A DNA stretch of 32,000 nt, taken from positions 77,756 to 109,755 of the forward strand of contig NZ_JAKZGS010000004.1 in assembly GCF_022549695.1 (NCBI RefSeq). Direction: 5' to 3'. The DNA is from Belliella calami. Its GTDB lineage: Bacteria > Bacteroidota > Bacteroidia > Cytophagales > Cyclobacteriaceae. Numbering within the stretch: position 1 is the stretch's first letter; the number at the start of each line of letters is the position of its first letter. The notes below the pieces were generated by a model. It did no database searches. It worked only from the letters and a program-made list of their open reading frames with translations, and was not told where the DNA came from. Positions 13,506 through 22,817 of the stretch are shown here, one piece after another. Made by a program: the position numbers and the translations under genes.

Positions 13506-15305
13506 TTAAGAAAAAGGATATTTGCCCTTCTCGATCATGTAATCTGCTATCTGTCTTCTCAAGGTCTTGGTATCGACCAAATCCATCTTGGTGAAGCGCT
13601 TCAAACCCATCAGCATGACTTTCTGCTCATCACCTTTTGTAAATGATCCGATGGCTTCCTTGGCTGCGGCATTGATTCTATCCACAGCTTCTGAAAGATA
13701 TACCTGTGCCATCGCAATCTGATGCTTGCTGGATTCCTCTCCTTGGATACTTACAAGTTTTTCGGTACGAAGAATGGCTGATTCTGAAGCATAGATTTCG
13801 ATCATCACATCTGCCAAGTTCATCATGATCTCTTGCTCATCTTCTATCTTGTCTTGGAGTGCCATGGCTGCTTTGCCACCTACCATCAAGAATACTTTTT
13901 TGAGTTTTTTGAGAACTTCCTTCTCTGCTGCAAATAGCTCTGATGTATCTACTGTATCAAAACTAGGCACAGAAGTCAACTCTTTGGAAACTGCCATCGC
14001 TGGCTCGAAGAGATTGATTTCACCTTTCATGGCTCGCTTTAGAAGCATTCCTACCATAAGCATACGGTTGATTTCATTGGTTCCTTCATAGATCCTGGCG
14101 ATTCTAGCATCTCTGTATGCACGCTCCATTGGTGCATCGGCAGAGTAGCCCATACCACCATATACCTGAACACCCTGATCTACTACATAATCCAAGACTT
14201 CTGATCCATGGATTTTGGAAATGGCACATTCGATCGCAAATTCCTCGACTCCTTTGAGTTTGGCTTGTGTTTCGTCCATTCCCTCAGCGATCAGATGATT
14301 GATCCGGTCTTCGATATCCTGTCCAGCTCTGTAGGTCAATGATTCTGAGACGTACGTTCGGATGGCCATTTCGGCCAATTTTGATTTAATAGCTCCAAAT
14401 GTATTGATGCTTACTCCAAACTGCTTTCTTTCTGTGGAATACTTGATGGCGTGACTAGTTACCGTTCTTACACCACCCAATACACCTGATCCTAGTTTTA
14501 CCCTACCAATATTCAGAATATTCACGGCTATTTTAAATCCGTTACCTCTGTCAGATAGCATATTTTCTACAGGTACTTTGCAGTCATTGAAGAAAACCTG
14601 TCTGGTAGAAGAGCCCTTGATTCCCATCTTTTTCTCTTCTTCATTCATAGAGATTCCGCCAAAATCTTTTTCTACTATAAATGCTGTCAGGTTTTTGTCA
14701 TCATCGATTTTTGCAAAAACGATGAATACATCTGCAAAGCCGGCATTTGAAATCCACATTTTCTGACCATTGATGATGTAGTGTTTTCCATCGTCAGACA
14801 GTTTTGCCTTGGTTTTTCCGCTGTTGGCATCAGAACCAGCATCAGGTTCGGTCAGGCAGTAGCATGCTGCCCATTGCCCAGTGGCAAGCTTGGGAAGATA
14901 TTTTGCTTTTTGGTCTTCTGTACCATAATAGAGGATTGGCAAAGTTCCGATCCCCGTGTGGGCTCCATAGGTGGTAGAAAAAGAACCTGCAGCACCGATA
15001 ATATCGGCAATGAGCATGGAAGTATTGAAACTCATGCCCATTCCATTGTATTTTTCAGGAACAGAAATCCCCAATAAACCCAATTCACCAGCTTTTCTAA
15101 AAATAGAAGGAACTAAATCTGGGTTTTTCATGCTGTCAATCTCTTCGATATTTGGTGTGATCTCCGTATCTATAAAATCTTGACAAGCCTGCGCCATCAT
15201 TTTTTGTTCTTCAGAAAACTCCTCAAAAATGAAGATTTCTTGGGCTTCCGTTTCCTTGATCAGAAACTCACCTCCGTTGATTGATTTTTTGGTTATTGTG
15301 TTCAT
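13506..15305 (-). CDS. acyl-CoA dehydrogenase (long, FadE-like, with a C-terminal extension)
   Basis: ACAD motifs are present (CLTEPDAGSDA, GQKMWISNAG, YEGTNEINR). The ATG at 15305 (MNTITKKS...) is preferred, because the ORF-track N-terminal 11 aa are translated from a GTCTTA-type repeat. Confidence 0.9.
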   Translation of the reverse strand: MNTITKKSINGGEFLIKETEAQEIFIFEEFSEEQKMMAQACQDFIDTEITPNIEEIDSMKNPDLVPSIFRKAGELGLLGISVPEKYNGMGMSFNTSMLIADIIGAAGSFSTTYGAHTGIGTLPILYYGTEDQKAKYLPKLATGQWAACYCLTEPDAGSDANSGKTKAKLSDDGKHYIINGQKMWISNAGFADVFIVFAKIDDDKNLTAFIVEKDFGGISMNEEEKKMGIKGSSTRQVFFNDCKVPVENMLSDRGNGFKIAVNILNIGRVKLGSGVLGGVRTVTSHAIKYSTERKQFGVSINTFGAIKSKLAEMAIRTYVSESLTYRAGQDIEDRINHLIAEGMDETQAKLKGVEEFAIECAISKIHGSEVLDYVVDQGVQVYGGMGYSADAPMERAYRDARIARIYEGTNEINRMLMVGMLLKRAMKGEINLFEPAMAVSKELTSVPSFDTVDTSELFAAEKEVLKKLKKVFLMVGGKAAMALQDKIEDEQEIMMNLADVMIEIYASESAILRTEKLVSIQGEESSKHQIAMAQVYLSEAVDRINAAAKEAIGSFTKGDEQKVMLMGLKRFTKMDLVDTKTLRRQIADYMIEKGKYPFS

Positions 15306-15310
15306 AATTA

Positions 15311-15852
15311 AAGACATTAGACTCAAGACGTAAGACATAAGACAGGCTCATCCACACGTCGAAGTCATTATTATTTTTCAAATTTTAAGATTAATGAATA
15401 GAGCATTTTTTGTATTTCAGTAAGTTCTATTGTCACTACTTGAAATTTTTCACTTTCAATATAGCCTAGCTCAAATGCTACATATAACTGTGTCTCCAAT
15501 TCACAAATAGATCCATGGGCTATCCCAAGAAAATTTGCGAATTCACCATTAGTTCTTCTACCTGCTCCCTCAGCAACATTTGAAGGAACAGACACTGCAC
15601 TTCTTCTAATTTGAGATATAAGCCCAAACCTTTCATCAGATGGAAAAGATTGAGAAATTTTATAAACCTGAACGGTAAGTTTAATTCCTCTTTTCCAAAC
15701 ATTCAATTCTTTGTAGTTATGCATAATTGAAAATTTAAGTTGAACAAAGAGTCAATTATAAAATAGAATTTGTTTCACTTTTGAAATTTGAAACAAGTAG
15801 TGAAATTTTGACGGATACTGTCTTTTGTCTCATATCTTGCGTCTTACATCTC
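15311..15852. repeat. insertion flanked by inverted repeats, carrying the four-helix-bundle gene
   Basis: The left end AAGACATTAGACTCAAGACGTAAGACATAAGACAGG (15311-15346) and the right end CTGTCTTTTGTCTCATATCTTGCGTCTTACATCTCA (15818-15852) form an imperfect inverted repeat. Both are built from GTCTTAY-like heptads. Confidence 0.55.
15371..15724 (-). CDS. four-helix-bundle protein (23S rRNA intervening-sequence protein / Avd-like family)
   Basis: 117 aa. YKELNVWKRGIKLTVQVYKISQSFPSDERFGLISQIRRSAVSVPSNVAEGAGR...GSICELETQL is the characteristic signature of this family. Confidence 0.9.
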   Translation of the reverse strand: MHNYKELNVWKRGIKLTVQVYKISQSFPSDERFGLISQIRRSAVSVPSNVAEGAGRRTNGEFANFLGIAHGSICELETQLYVAFELGYIESEKFQVVTIELTEIQKMLYSLILKFEK

Positions 15853-17026
15853 ATTTCAAAAGCTCAAACACTCCAGCTACTCCTTGTCCACCTCCGACAC
15901 AGGCAGTGACTAGGCCGTGTTTTTTGTTTTGACGGCGGAGTTCGCTGAAGAGTTGGACAGAAAGCTTAGCACCTGTGCAGCCAAGTGGGTGACCAAGGGC
16001 TACTGCACCACCGTTGACATTGACGATGTCTGGATTCATATCCAATGACTTCATTACTGCCAATCCCTGCGCTGCAAATGCTTCGTTCAATTCTATAAGA
16101 TCAATATCATTCAAAGTCAATCCTGCTTGCTTCAGTGCTTTTGGAACAGCCTCTTTTGGTCCGATTCCCATGATTCTTGGTTCTACACCTGCCACCGAAT
16201 AGGACATCAGGCGGGCGATTGGCTCCAAGTTAAGTTCTTTTACCATTCGCTCTGACATCACCACCACAAAGGCGGCTCCATCGGATGTTTGGGAGGAATT
16301 CCCTGCAGTCACTTGTCCACCTTGCTTGAATGCTGGTCTTAGATTGGACAAACCTTCCAAAGAGGTTCCTTTTCTTGGACCTTCATCTGTATCTACAGTG
16401 AACTTCCTTGTTTTCCTTTTTCCATTTTCGTCCAAATAGGTCTCTTCGACTTCTATCGGAACGATTTCATCTTTGAACTTTCCAGCTGCAATTGCCGCCA
16501 AAGCTTTGTCATGGGACTTTACCGAAAATTCATCAGCCTGCTCTCTAGTAATGTCATATTCTTTTGCCAATTCTTCTGCTGTAAGACCCATGCTTAGGTA
16601 ATAATCAGGGGTTTCTGAGGCAATTTTCCAGTTGAGCGCTGTCTTGTATCCCATCATTGGTAGGAGCGACATAGACTCAGTTCCTCCAGCGATGATACAG
16701 TCAGCCATTCCCGCTTTGATCTTGCCAACTGCCAGGGCGATCGCTTCCAATCCGGAACCGCAATATCTGTTGATGATAAAACCTGGGTTTTCTACTCCCA
16801 AAGCCAAAAGGGAAATCATCCTTCCCATTTGCATACCTTGTTCCCCTTCAGGGATTGCGTTTCCGACAATGAGGTCATCGACCATTTTATTTTCCAATCC
16901 TGGTGTATTGGCTACCAAATGCTTAATCACATCTGACGCCAGATCATCTGGTCGATAAAATCTAAAGCCACCTTTTTTGGCCTTTCCTACTGCTGATCTA
17001 TATCCATTTACTATATAAGCTTCCAT
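15851..17026 (-). CDS. acetyl-CoA C-acyltransferase (3-ketoacyl-CoA thiolase)
   Basis: 391 aa. It has the active-site Cys context INRYCGSGLEA and the C-terminal motifs NGGAVALGHPLGCTG and CVGGGQG. Confidence 0.92.
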   Translation of the reverse strand: MEAYIVNGYRSAVGKAKKGGFRFYRPDDLASDVIKHLVANTPGLENKMVDDLIVGNAIPEGEQGMQMGRMISLLALGVENPGFIINRYCGSGLEAIALAVGKIKAGMADCIIAGGTESMSLLPMMGYKTALNWKIASETPDYYLSMGLTAEELAKEYDITREQADEFSVKSHDKALAAIAAGKFKDEIVPIEVEETYLDENGKRKTRKFTVDTDEGPRKGTSLEGLSNLRPAFKQGGQVTAGNSSQTSDGAAFVVVMSERMVKELNLEPIARLMSYSVAGVEPRIMGIGPKEAVPKALKQAGLTLNDIDLIELNEAFAAQGLAVMKSLDMNPDIVNVNGGAVALGHPLGCTGAKLSVQLFSELRRQNKKHGLVTACVGGGQGVAGVFELLK

Positions 17027-17077
17027 TTTGTGTATCTATTGAGGTTAATTTATTATTTCAGGTTTTGTTATTAACTG

Positions 17078-17279
17078 AACTGAGATTCAAGAGAATCGAG
17101 ATAATTATACTTGATTGAGAGTTTTAGAAATTCAACCCCTTTGGGGTTGCTGCTTCCTTTATCTACTTTTCCCCCGGGTTACGACCCGGGGCTATTCAAA
17201 GTTTAACCCTTTTAGGGTTTGTTTTCCTACAATCTTGTGTCTTACGTCTCATATCTCATAGCTCCCGTCTGACATCTCT
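17078..17279. repeat. gene-less relative of the IR-flanked insertion, containing three short GC hairpins
   Basis: The right end is TGTGTCTTACGTCTCATATCTCATAGCTCCCGTCTGACATCTC (17237-17279). The left end is GAGATTCAAGAGAATCGAGATAA (17082-17104), which has about 15/22 identity to the 15311 end. Hairpins: CAACCCC-TTT-GGGGTTG (17133-17149), CCCCGGG-TTACGA-CCCGGGG (17171-17190) and AACCCT-TTT-AGGGTT. Confidence 0.4.
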
Positions 17280-19683
17280 AATTTCTCAGCGGTTTTCCTT
17301 TGAACAGAATACTATGAATTCTCTCTAGGGTCTTTTTCTCTCCTGTCAAACTCAAGAACGCTTCTCTTTCAAGATCCAATAGAAACTGCTCGCTTACCAA
17401 TGTTGGTGCAGAAAGGTCTCCTCCTGACATTACCCAAGCTAATTTTCTGGCGATTTTGGCATCGTGATCGGAGATGTATTTACCATACTGCATCCCTGTG
17501 ATTCCAGCTTCGAATAAGGCTAGTGAAGTTTTCCCCAAGACTTTGATATCTGTCTGCTGAATCGGTTGTGTATATCCAGCGTCATACAATGCCAAGACTT
17601 TAGCTTTCGCTTCTGCAAGCTGTCTTTTTCTGTTCAGCGTGATTGAATCTTTTACTTGCAAATAGCCCAGTCCTCTTGCCTCTTCGGCTGATGTGGAAAC
17701 TTTTGCGGTAGCGATATTCATAAAATATTCCTGAAGCCTGTTCAATTCTACATCACCATCTTTGATATCATTGGAAAATCTCAAGGTCATCTCCTTGGTT
17801 CCTCCTCCAGCTGGGATCAAACCAACACCAAATTCTACCAATCCCATGTACAATTCGGCATGTGCCTGTACAGCATCGGCATGAAGTGACAATTCACATC
17901 CACCGCCCAATGCCATATTGTGTGGAGCTACTACCACAGGGACAGATGAATATCTTGTCCGCATCATGGTATTTTGGAATCCTGCTATCATCAGGTTGAT
18001 TTCATCATACTCCTGATCTCCAGCAAACATAAAGAGCATTGCCAAGTTGGCACCTGCGGAGAAATTTGGTCCTTCGTTGCCTATTACCAATCCTTTGTAG
18101 GACTTTTCTGCCATTGTAATGGCTGTATTGATGCCTTCGATAACTTCCTGACCCATGGAATTCATTTTGGTATGGAATTCCAATCCTATCACATCATCAC
18201 CAAGGTCATAAATAGTCGCTCCTGCATTGCCCCAAACTTTCTTGTTCGCAGCTTTGAGTGTATCAAGAATGATGAATTCTTCTTGTCCAGGAATCGGAAG
18301 GTAAGTTTTGGACTTGACATCATAAAACCTCTTCTGTCCGCCTTCCACTTTATAGAATGAATCATTTCCTGCTTCAAGCATTTCGTGAACCCAGTCCGCA
18401 GCTTTTTCTCCTGCTGCTTCCATTTTTTCTACTGTCTCTTTAACTCCAAGCACGTCCCAAGTCTCAAAAGGTCCAAGTTCCCAACCAAATCCTGCACAAA
18501 CTGCCTGATCGATTCTGTAGGTTTCATCTGAAATTTCAGGGATTCTATGTGAGCAGTATTTGAACAAGTCATAAAATGATGCTCTATAAAATTCACCTGC
18601 TTTATCATCAAAGTTGACCAAGAATTTGATCCTCTTTTTCAAATCTTCAATTTCTTTGGATGCTTCCAAAGCTTTGAATTTTGGTTTTTCAGCATCTTTA
18701 TATTCGAAGGTTTTCAGATCGAGTTCCTTCAGTTCTTTTCTGCCATCATCATGACGGATCATTTTGAAATATCCCTGACCCGTTTTGTCACCCCACCATT
18801 TATTGTCATAGAGCACTTTCACTATATTGGGCAGCTGGAATTTGTCCTTAGATTCATCGTGCTCCAGTGCTTTGTAAAGGTTATTGGCTACATTTACGGT
18901 AGTGTCCAATCCTACTACATCCATTGTGCGGAAGGTAGCAGACTTGGCTCGACCGATGATAGTTCCGGTCAACTTATCTACCTCCGATACTCCCAAGCCC
19001 ATTTTTTCAATGGCATGCATGCCTGAAATAATCGCATAAACTCCGATTCTATTGGCAATAAAAGCAGGAGTATCTTTACAAAGTACAGTTTCTTTACCTA
19101 GGTGTCTATCTCCATAATCCATTAGGAAATCGATGATTTTAGGGTTGGTTTTCGGTCCAGGAATAATTTCCAACAACCTTAGGTATCTTGGAGGATTGAA
19201 AAAGTGTGTTCCAGCGAAATTAACCTGAAAATCCTCAGATCTTCCTTCACACATCAAATGCATAGGAATTCCAGAAGTATTTGAAGTGATCAAAGTTCCT
19301 GGTTTTCTATATTTTTCCACCTTTTCAAAGAGTGACTGCTTGATATCCAACCTTTCCACTACGACTTCCATCACCCAATCATAATCTTTGATTTTGGGTA
19401 GATCATCGTCAAAATTTCCTGTGGTAATTCTATCAACATTCTTAGCATCGTAAAGTGATGCTGGTTTGTTTTTTAATGTGGATTGCAAAGCCGAATTGAC
19501 AATTCTGTTTCTCACAGTTTTGTCCTCAAGGGTCAATCCTCTTTTTTGTTCATCCTCGTTGAGTTCACGTGGTATGATATCAAGGAGCAACACCTGCACG
19601 CCAATATTGGCAAAATGGCATGCGATCCTTGAACCCATCACACCTGAACCTAAAATGGCAACTTTCTGAATTGTTCTTTTCAT
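17278..19683 (-). CDS. bifunctional 3-hydroxyacyl-CoA dehydrogenase / enoyl-CoA hydratase (FadB-like)
   Basis: 801 aa. The N-terminus has an NAD-binding ILGSGVMGSRIA 3HCDH domain. The C-terminus has a crotonase fold (GPNFSAGANL...ALGGGCEL). Confidence 0.9.
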   Translation of the reverse strand: MKRTIQKVAILGSGVMGSRIACHFANIGVQVLLLDIIPRELNEDEQKRGLTLEDKTVRNRIVNSALQSTLKNKPASLYDAKNVDRITTGNFDDDLPKIKDYDWVMEVVVERLDIKQSLFEKVEKYRKPGTLITSNTSGIPMHLMCEGRSEDFQVNFAGTHFFNPPRYLRLLEIIPGPKTNPKIIDFLMDYGDRHLGKETVLCKDTPAFIANRIGVYAIISGMHAIEKMGLGVSEVDKLTGTIIGRAKSATFRTMDVVGLDTTVNVANNLYKALEHDESKDKFQLPNIVKVLYDNKWWGDKTGQGYFKMIRHDDGRKELKELDLKTFEYKDAEKPKFKALEASKEIEDLKKRIKFLVNFDDKAGEFYRASFYDLFKYCSHRIPEISDETYRIDQAVCAGFGWELGPFETWDVLGVKETVEKMEAAGEKAADWVHEMLEAGNDSFYKVEGGQKRFYDVKSKTYLPIPGQEEFIILDTLKAANKKVWGNAGATIYDLGDDVIGLEFHTKMNSMGQEVIEGINTAITMAEKSYKGLVIGNEGPNFSAGANLAMLFMFAGDQEYDEINLMIAGFQNTMMRTRYSSVPVVVAPHNMALGGGCELSLHADAVQAHAELYMGLVEFGVGLIPAGGGTKEMTLRFSNDIKDGDVELNRLQEYFMNIATAKVSTSAEEARGLGYLQVKDSITLNRKRQLAEAKAKVLALYDAGYTQPIQQTDIKVLGKTSLALFEAGITGMQYGKYISDHDAKIARKLAWVMSGGDLSAPTLVSEQFLLDLEREAFLSLTGEKKTLERIHSILFKGKPLRN

Positions 19684-19697
19684 AAGATTATATTGGT

Positions 19698-20180
19698 TTA
19701 GAGTTCGTACACTTTACGCTTGTACTGATTTGGGTTTACGGTTTCTAGTTGAATTTTTTCTATTGTTTGATTGATTTTTTGGAATACTTGAAAGAAAATT
19801 TCCAATTCTTCATCACTTACTACCTCTCTTACGGAAAGATTGAAATCTTTAATGGTTTCGACAGAAATTTCTTTTTTCCTCTTCCCTTCTTCGGTAAGAT
19901 ATATGCGTACTGATCTTTTGTCTACAGAATCCTGTTTTCTATAAATCAGGCCTTTTTCTTCCATTGTCTTTAGCATTCTTGTCAAACTACGTGCTTCCAA
20001 TCCCATCAGAGGAGCAATTTTGGTTGCCGGAGTGCCTTCTTTAGAATTTATATTGATCAAAACATAGCCAATAGAAGCTGTAAAATCTTCCAAAGCGGCT
20101 TTTTGATTGTACATTCTTGATATAGCGTGCCAAGAACTTTTGATGTGGTAGTCTACCGTTTCTTCACGTTTCATGGGCAT
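19698..20180 (-). CDS. MarR-family transcriptional regulator
   Basis: 160 aa. The winged-HTH region is GTPATKIAPLMGLEARSLTRMLKTMEEKGLIYRKQDSVDKRSVRIYLTEEGK. Confidence 0.85.
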   Translation of the reverse strand: MPMKREETVDYHIKSSWHAISRMYNQKAALEDFTASIGYVLININSKEGTPATKIAPLMGLEARSLTRMLKTMEEKGLIYRKQDSVDKRSVRIYLTEEGKRKKEISVETIKDFNLSVREVVSDEELEIFFQVFQKINQTIEKIQLETVNPNQYKRKVYEL

Positions 20181-20214
20181 AATAAAATTTACATCCCTAA
20201 TTTAAGAAAAATTT

Positions 20215-20252
20215 GTTATGCATACATACTATTATTAAAAAAAGTTATGCAT
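20215..20252. promoter_or_regulatory. candidate MarR operator (two GTTATGCAT repeats)
   Basis: GTTATGCAT occurs at 20215-20223 and 20244-20252 (29-nt spacing). Each contains the palindrome ATGCAT. The sites lie 35-70 nt upstream of the marR start. Confidence 0.35.
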
Positions 20253-20423
20253 GCAGAGGAAATTTAAAAATGTTTTAATTTACAAAATCAAAATTTTAGT
20301 CTGTTAGAAAGCTTTATCATACCCTTAAAAGTACAATACACGGTAGAAAGCTTTTAATTTCAAAACAAGTTTTTAAAATGGACAAAGTGTTAAAAAGTTG
20401 GAAAGTTCAAAGTTGGAAAGTTG

Positions 20424-20467
20424 ATGAAGACCTTTGAATGCGCCGTGACGTATTCGAAGGTCTTCAT
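20424..20467. repeat. 16-bp-stem palindromic element downstream of the acyl-CoA synthetase gene
   Basis: ATGAAGACCTTTGAAT-[12 nt]-ATTCGAAGGTCTTCAT with one mismatch. It is preceded by a tandem AAGTTGGAAAGTT x2 (20395-20422). Confidence 0.6.
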
Positions 20468-20553
20468 GATTGCGTGGAATAGATAAATCTAAACTTCTAA
20501 AACTATAGCATTTTCTAAACCAAATCAACTAACATTATTCAACGAATAACTAA

Positions 20554-22308
20554 TCAACTATAAAGTTCCTCTATTTCTTTAGCAAATTTGGTATGTATGA
20601 CTTTTCTTTTCAGTTTCATTGTGGGTGTCAATTCACCAGTTTCGATACCCCAAGGTTGAGGTAAAAGTGTAAATTTTTTGACTTGTTCCCATTTTCCAAA
20701 ATATTTGTTCAGTTGTTCGATTTCTCGTTCGAATTTTTCAAGAATATCTGGTTTTTGAATCATTTCTGCATCATTGGTATAAGGGATATCCTTGTGTCGG
20801 CAATAATCTTTCAAGCCATCAAAACTAGGAACTATCAAGGCTGCTGGATAATTTTTATTTTCTCCAACTACTATCAGCTGTTCTATCAAAGATGATTCTT
20901 TGAATTTATTTTCCATAGGTTGTGGAGCTATATATTTTCCTCCTGATGTTTTGAACATCTCTTTTTTCCTATCTGTAATTTTCAAGTAGCCACCATCGTG
21001 GATCTCTCCAATATCTCCAGTATGAAACCATCCATTTTGAATGGCATCAGCAGTCATTTCAGGTTGTTTATAATACCCTTGCATCACATTAGGCCCTTTA
21101 ACCAAAATTTCGCCGTCTTCAGCGATTTGAACTTGGACTTCTTTTACAAGTTTACCAACATATCCTATCCTCATATCTTTAAGATTGCAGATCGATACTG
21201 CTACTACAGGGGAAGTTTCTGTCAATCCATACCCTTCACATACTGGTATACCTGCGCTCCAAAAAACCCTTGCCAATCTTGGTTGCAAAGCTGAGGCACC
21301 AGAATTGATTTGGAGGATGTTGCCACCAAGGGCTTCTCTCCATTTGCTGAAAATGATCTTATTTGCAATATTCAATTGTAGATCATACCAAAAGCCTTGT
21401 GACTTATTCGGTTCGAACTTTAAACCCAGATTAAGCGCCCAAAAAAACAAAGACTTTTTCAAACCAGTCAATTCATAACCTTTTGACACAATTTTGTCAT
21501 ATACCTTTTCAAGTAATCTAGGTACTGTATTGAAAACATGTGGCTGGATTTCCTTCAGATTGTCCCCAATCTTTTCCATGCTCTCCGCATAGTAGATCGA
21601 AATACCCATATACATAAAACAAAAAGAACCTGTTCTCTCATAAATGTGGCACAATGGCAAAAAACTCAAAGCTTTTGAAGTGCCTTTGGGAACAATTAAT
21701 CTATCTTCTACAGCCAGTAGATTATGAATAATATTTCTATGGCTAAGCATAACACCTTTAGGGCGACCTGTAGTACCAGAGGTATATATTATTGTAAATA
21801 GATCATCTGATTTTACCTGCTCTTTGAGTGAATCCAAATCTGCCAAATTGCCCGACTCTCCAGTATTCATAAACTCTTCCCAATGTGTACATTGAGGTAG
21901 TTTATCAAATGACATGATCTGGATTTTGTTTTGTTCGGTTGCAATCTTTGCTTTTCCAAAAATTTCTTCACTTCCTACAAAAGCCATTTTGACATCAGCA
22001 TGTTCAAAAATGTACTTGTAATCTTCAGCTGATATTGTAGGATACATCGGAACTGAAATTGCCCCAATCTGTTGTAATGCCAAATCTATGAAATTCCACT
22101 CAGGCCTATTTTCTGAAATTATGGCTACTTTTTCCCCGGTTTTTATCCCAGCAGACAAAAAGGCCAAACCAAGATTATCAACTATAAATTTTACGTCCTT
22201 GGAAGAATATCCTTTCCATTCACCCATTACTTTTTGGGCTAGTGCTACGTCTTTGTCATAGGTAGCAATTTGGTAATTGATAATGTCAAACAATCTATTG
22301 ATTCGCAT
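20554..22308 (-). CDS. long-chain fatty acid-CoA ligase (AMP-dependent synthetase)
   Basis: AMP-binding motifs are present: IIYTSGTTGRPKGVMLSHRN, GYGLTETS, GWFHTGDIG and KLKRK. The ATG at 22308 (MRINRLFD...) is preferred to the TTG at 22371 used by the ORF track. Confidence 0.9.
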   Translation of the reverse strand: MRINRLFDIINYQIATYDKDVALAQKVMGEWKGYSSKDVKFIVDNLGLAFLSAGIKTGEKVAIISENRPEWNFIDLALQQIGAISVPMYPTISAEDYKYIFEHADVKMAFVGSEEIFGKAKIATEQNKIQIMSFDKLPQCTHWEEFMNTGESGNLADLDSLKEQVKSDDLFTIIYTSGTTGRPKGVMLSHRNIIHNLLAVEDRLIVPKGTSKALSFLPLCHIYERTGSFCFMYMGISIYYAESMEKIGDNLKEIQPHVFNTVPRLLEKVYDKIVSKGYELTGLKKSLFFWALNLGLKFEPNKSQGFWYDLQLNIANKIIFSKWREALGGNILQINSGASALQPRLARVFWSAGIPVCEGYGLTETSPVVAVSICNLKDMRIGYVGKLVKEVQVQIAEDGEILVKGPNVMQGYYKQPEMTADAIQNGWFHTGDIGEIHDGGYLKITDRKKEMFKTSGGKYIAPQPMENKFKESSLIEQLIVVGENKNYPAALIVPSFDGLKDYCRHKDIPYTNDAEMIQKPDILEKFEREIEQLNKYFGKWEQVKKFTLLPQPWGIETGELTPTMKLKRKVIHTKFAKEIEELYS

Positions 22309-22388
22309 GGTCGTGAAATTTTTTGGGTAAATTGATTCTATCAAATTATGAAAATCAAGTGAGGAATGCAAAAATGCTCTTTAGAGAG

Positions 22389-22787
22389 TTATCCACTTCT
22401 CTTTATATACAATTGGTTATTTATCTAAAAAATCAAGTTAAAGGTATTAAGGTGTGGATTTGTTGATAAATAAAGTGATTTTATTTTCCCACAATGTATT
22501 TCGTATCTTTCCTATTGCTTATCCACGAGTTACCAACATCTATAATTGTCATAAAATATTGAGCTGATGTAGGTTTGTCAATTTAGATTCTTTTGGTTGT
22601 TGATAATGTATTTTTATTAAATGTCTGTAACATTTTGTGTTTCTAATTGTGGATTAGTGTTTATTATTTCACACTTATACCCAATTTTTCTTGTCTGTGG
22701 TTTTTGTGATTTACTTGATGGGGATAATACATGTTTTATCATCAAGTTGTTGACAGTTATTAACAATTTCTTAATGTCTTATCCACA
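22389..22787. other. DnaA-box cluster, candidate chromosomal replication origin (oriC)
   Basis: Boxes: TTATCCACT (22389-22397), TGTGGATTT (22453-22461, reverse), TTATCCACG (22519-22527), TGTGGATTA (22648-22656, reverse) and a perfect TTATCCACA (22779-22787). Weaker boxes lie at about 22485 and 22696. All sit inside a very AT-rich intergenic region of about 510 bp, two genes away from mnmG. Confidence 0.55.
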
Positions 22788-22817
22788 AAATATGTAATTT
22801 ATAATTGGATTTCACAT

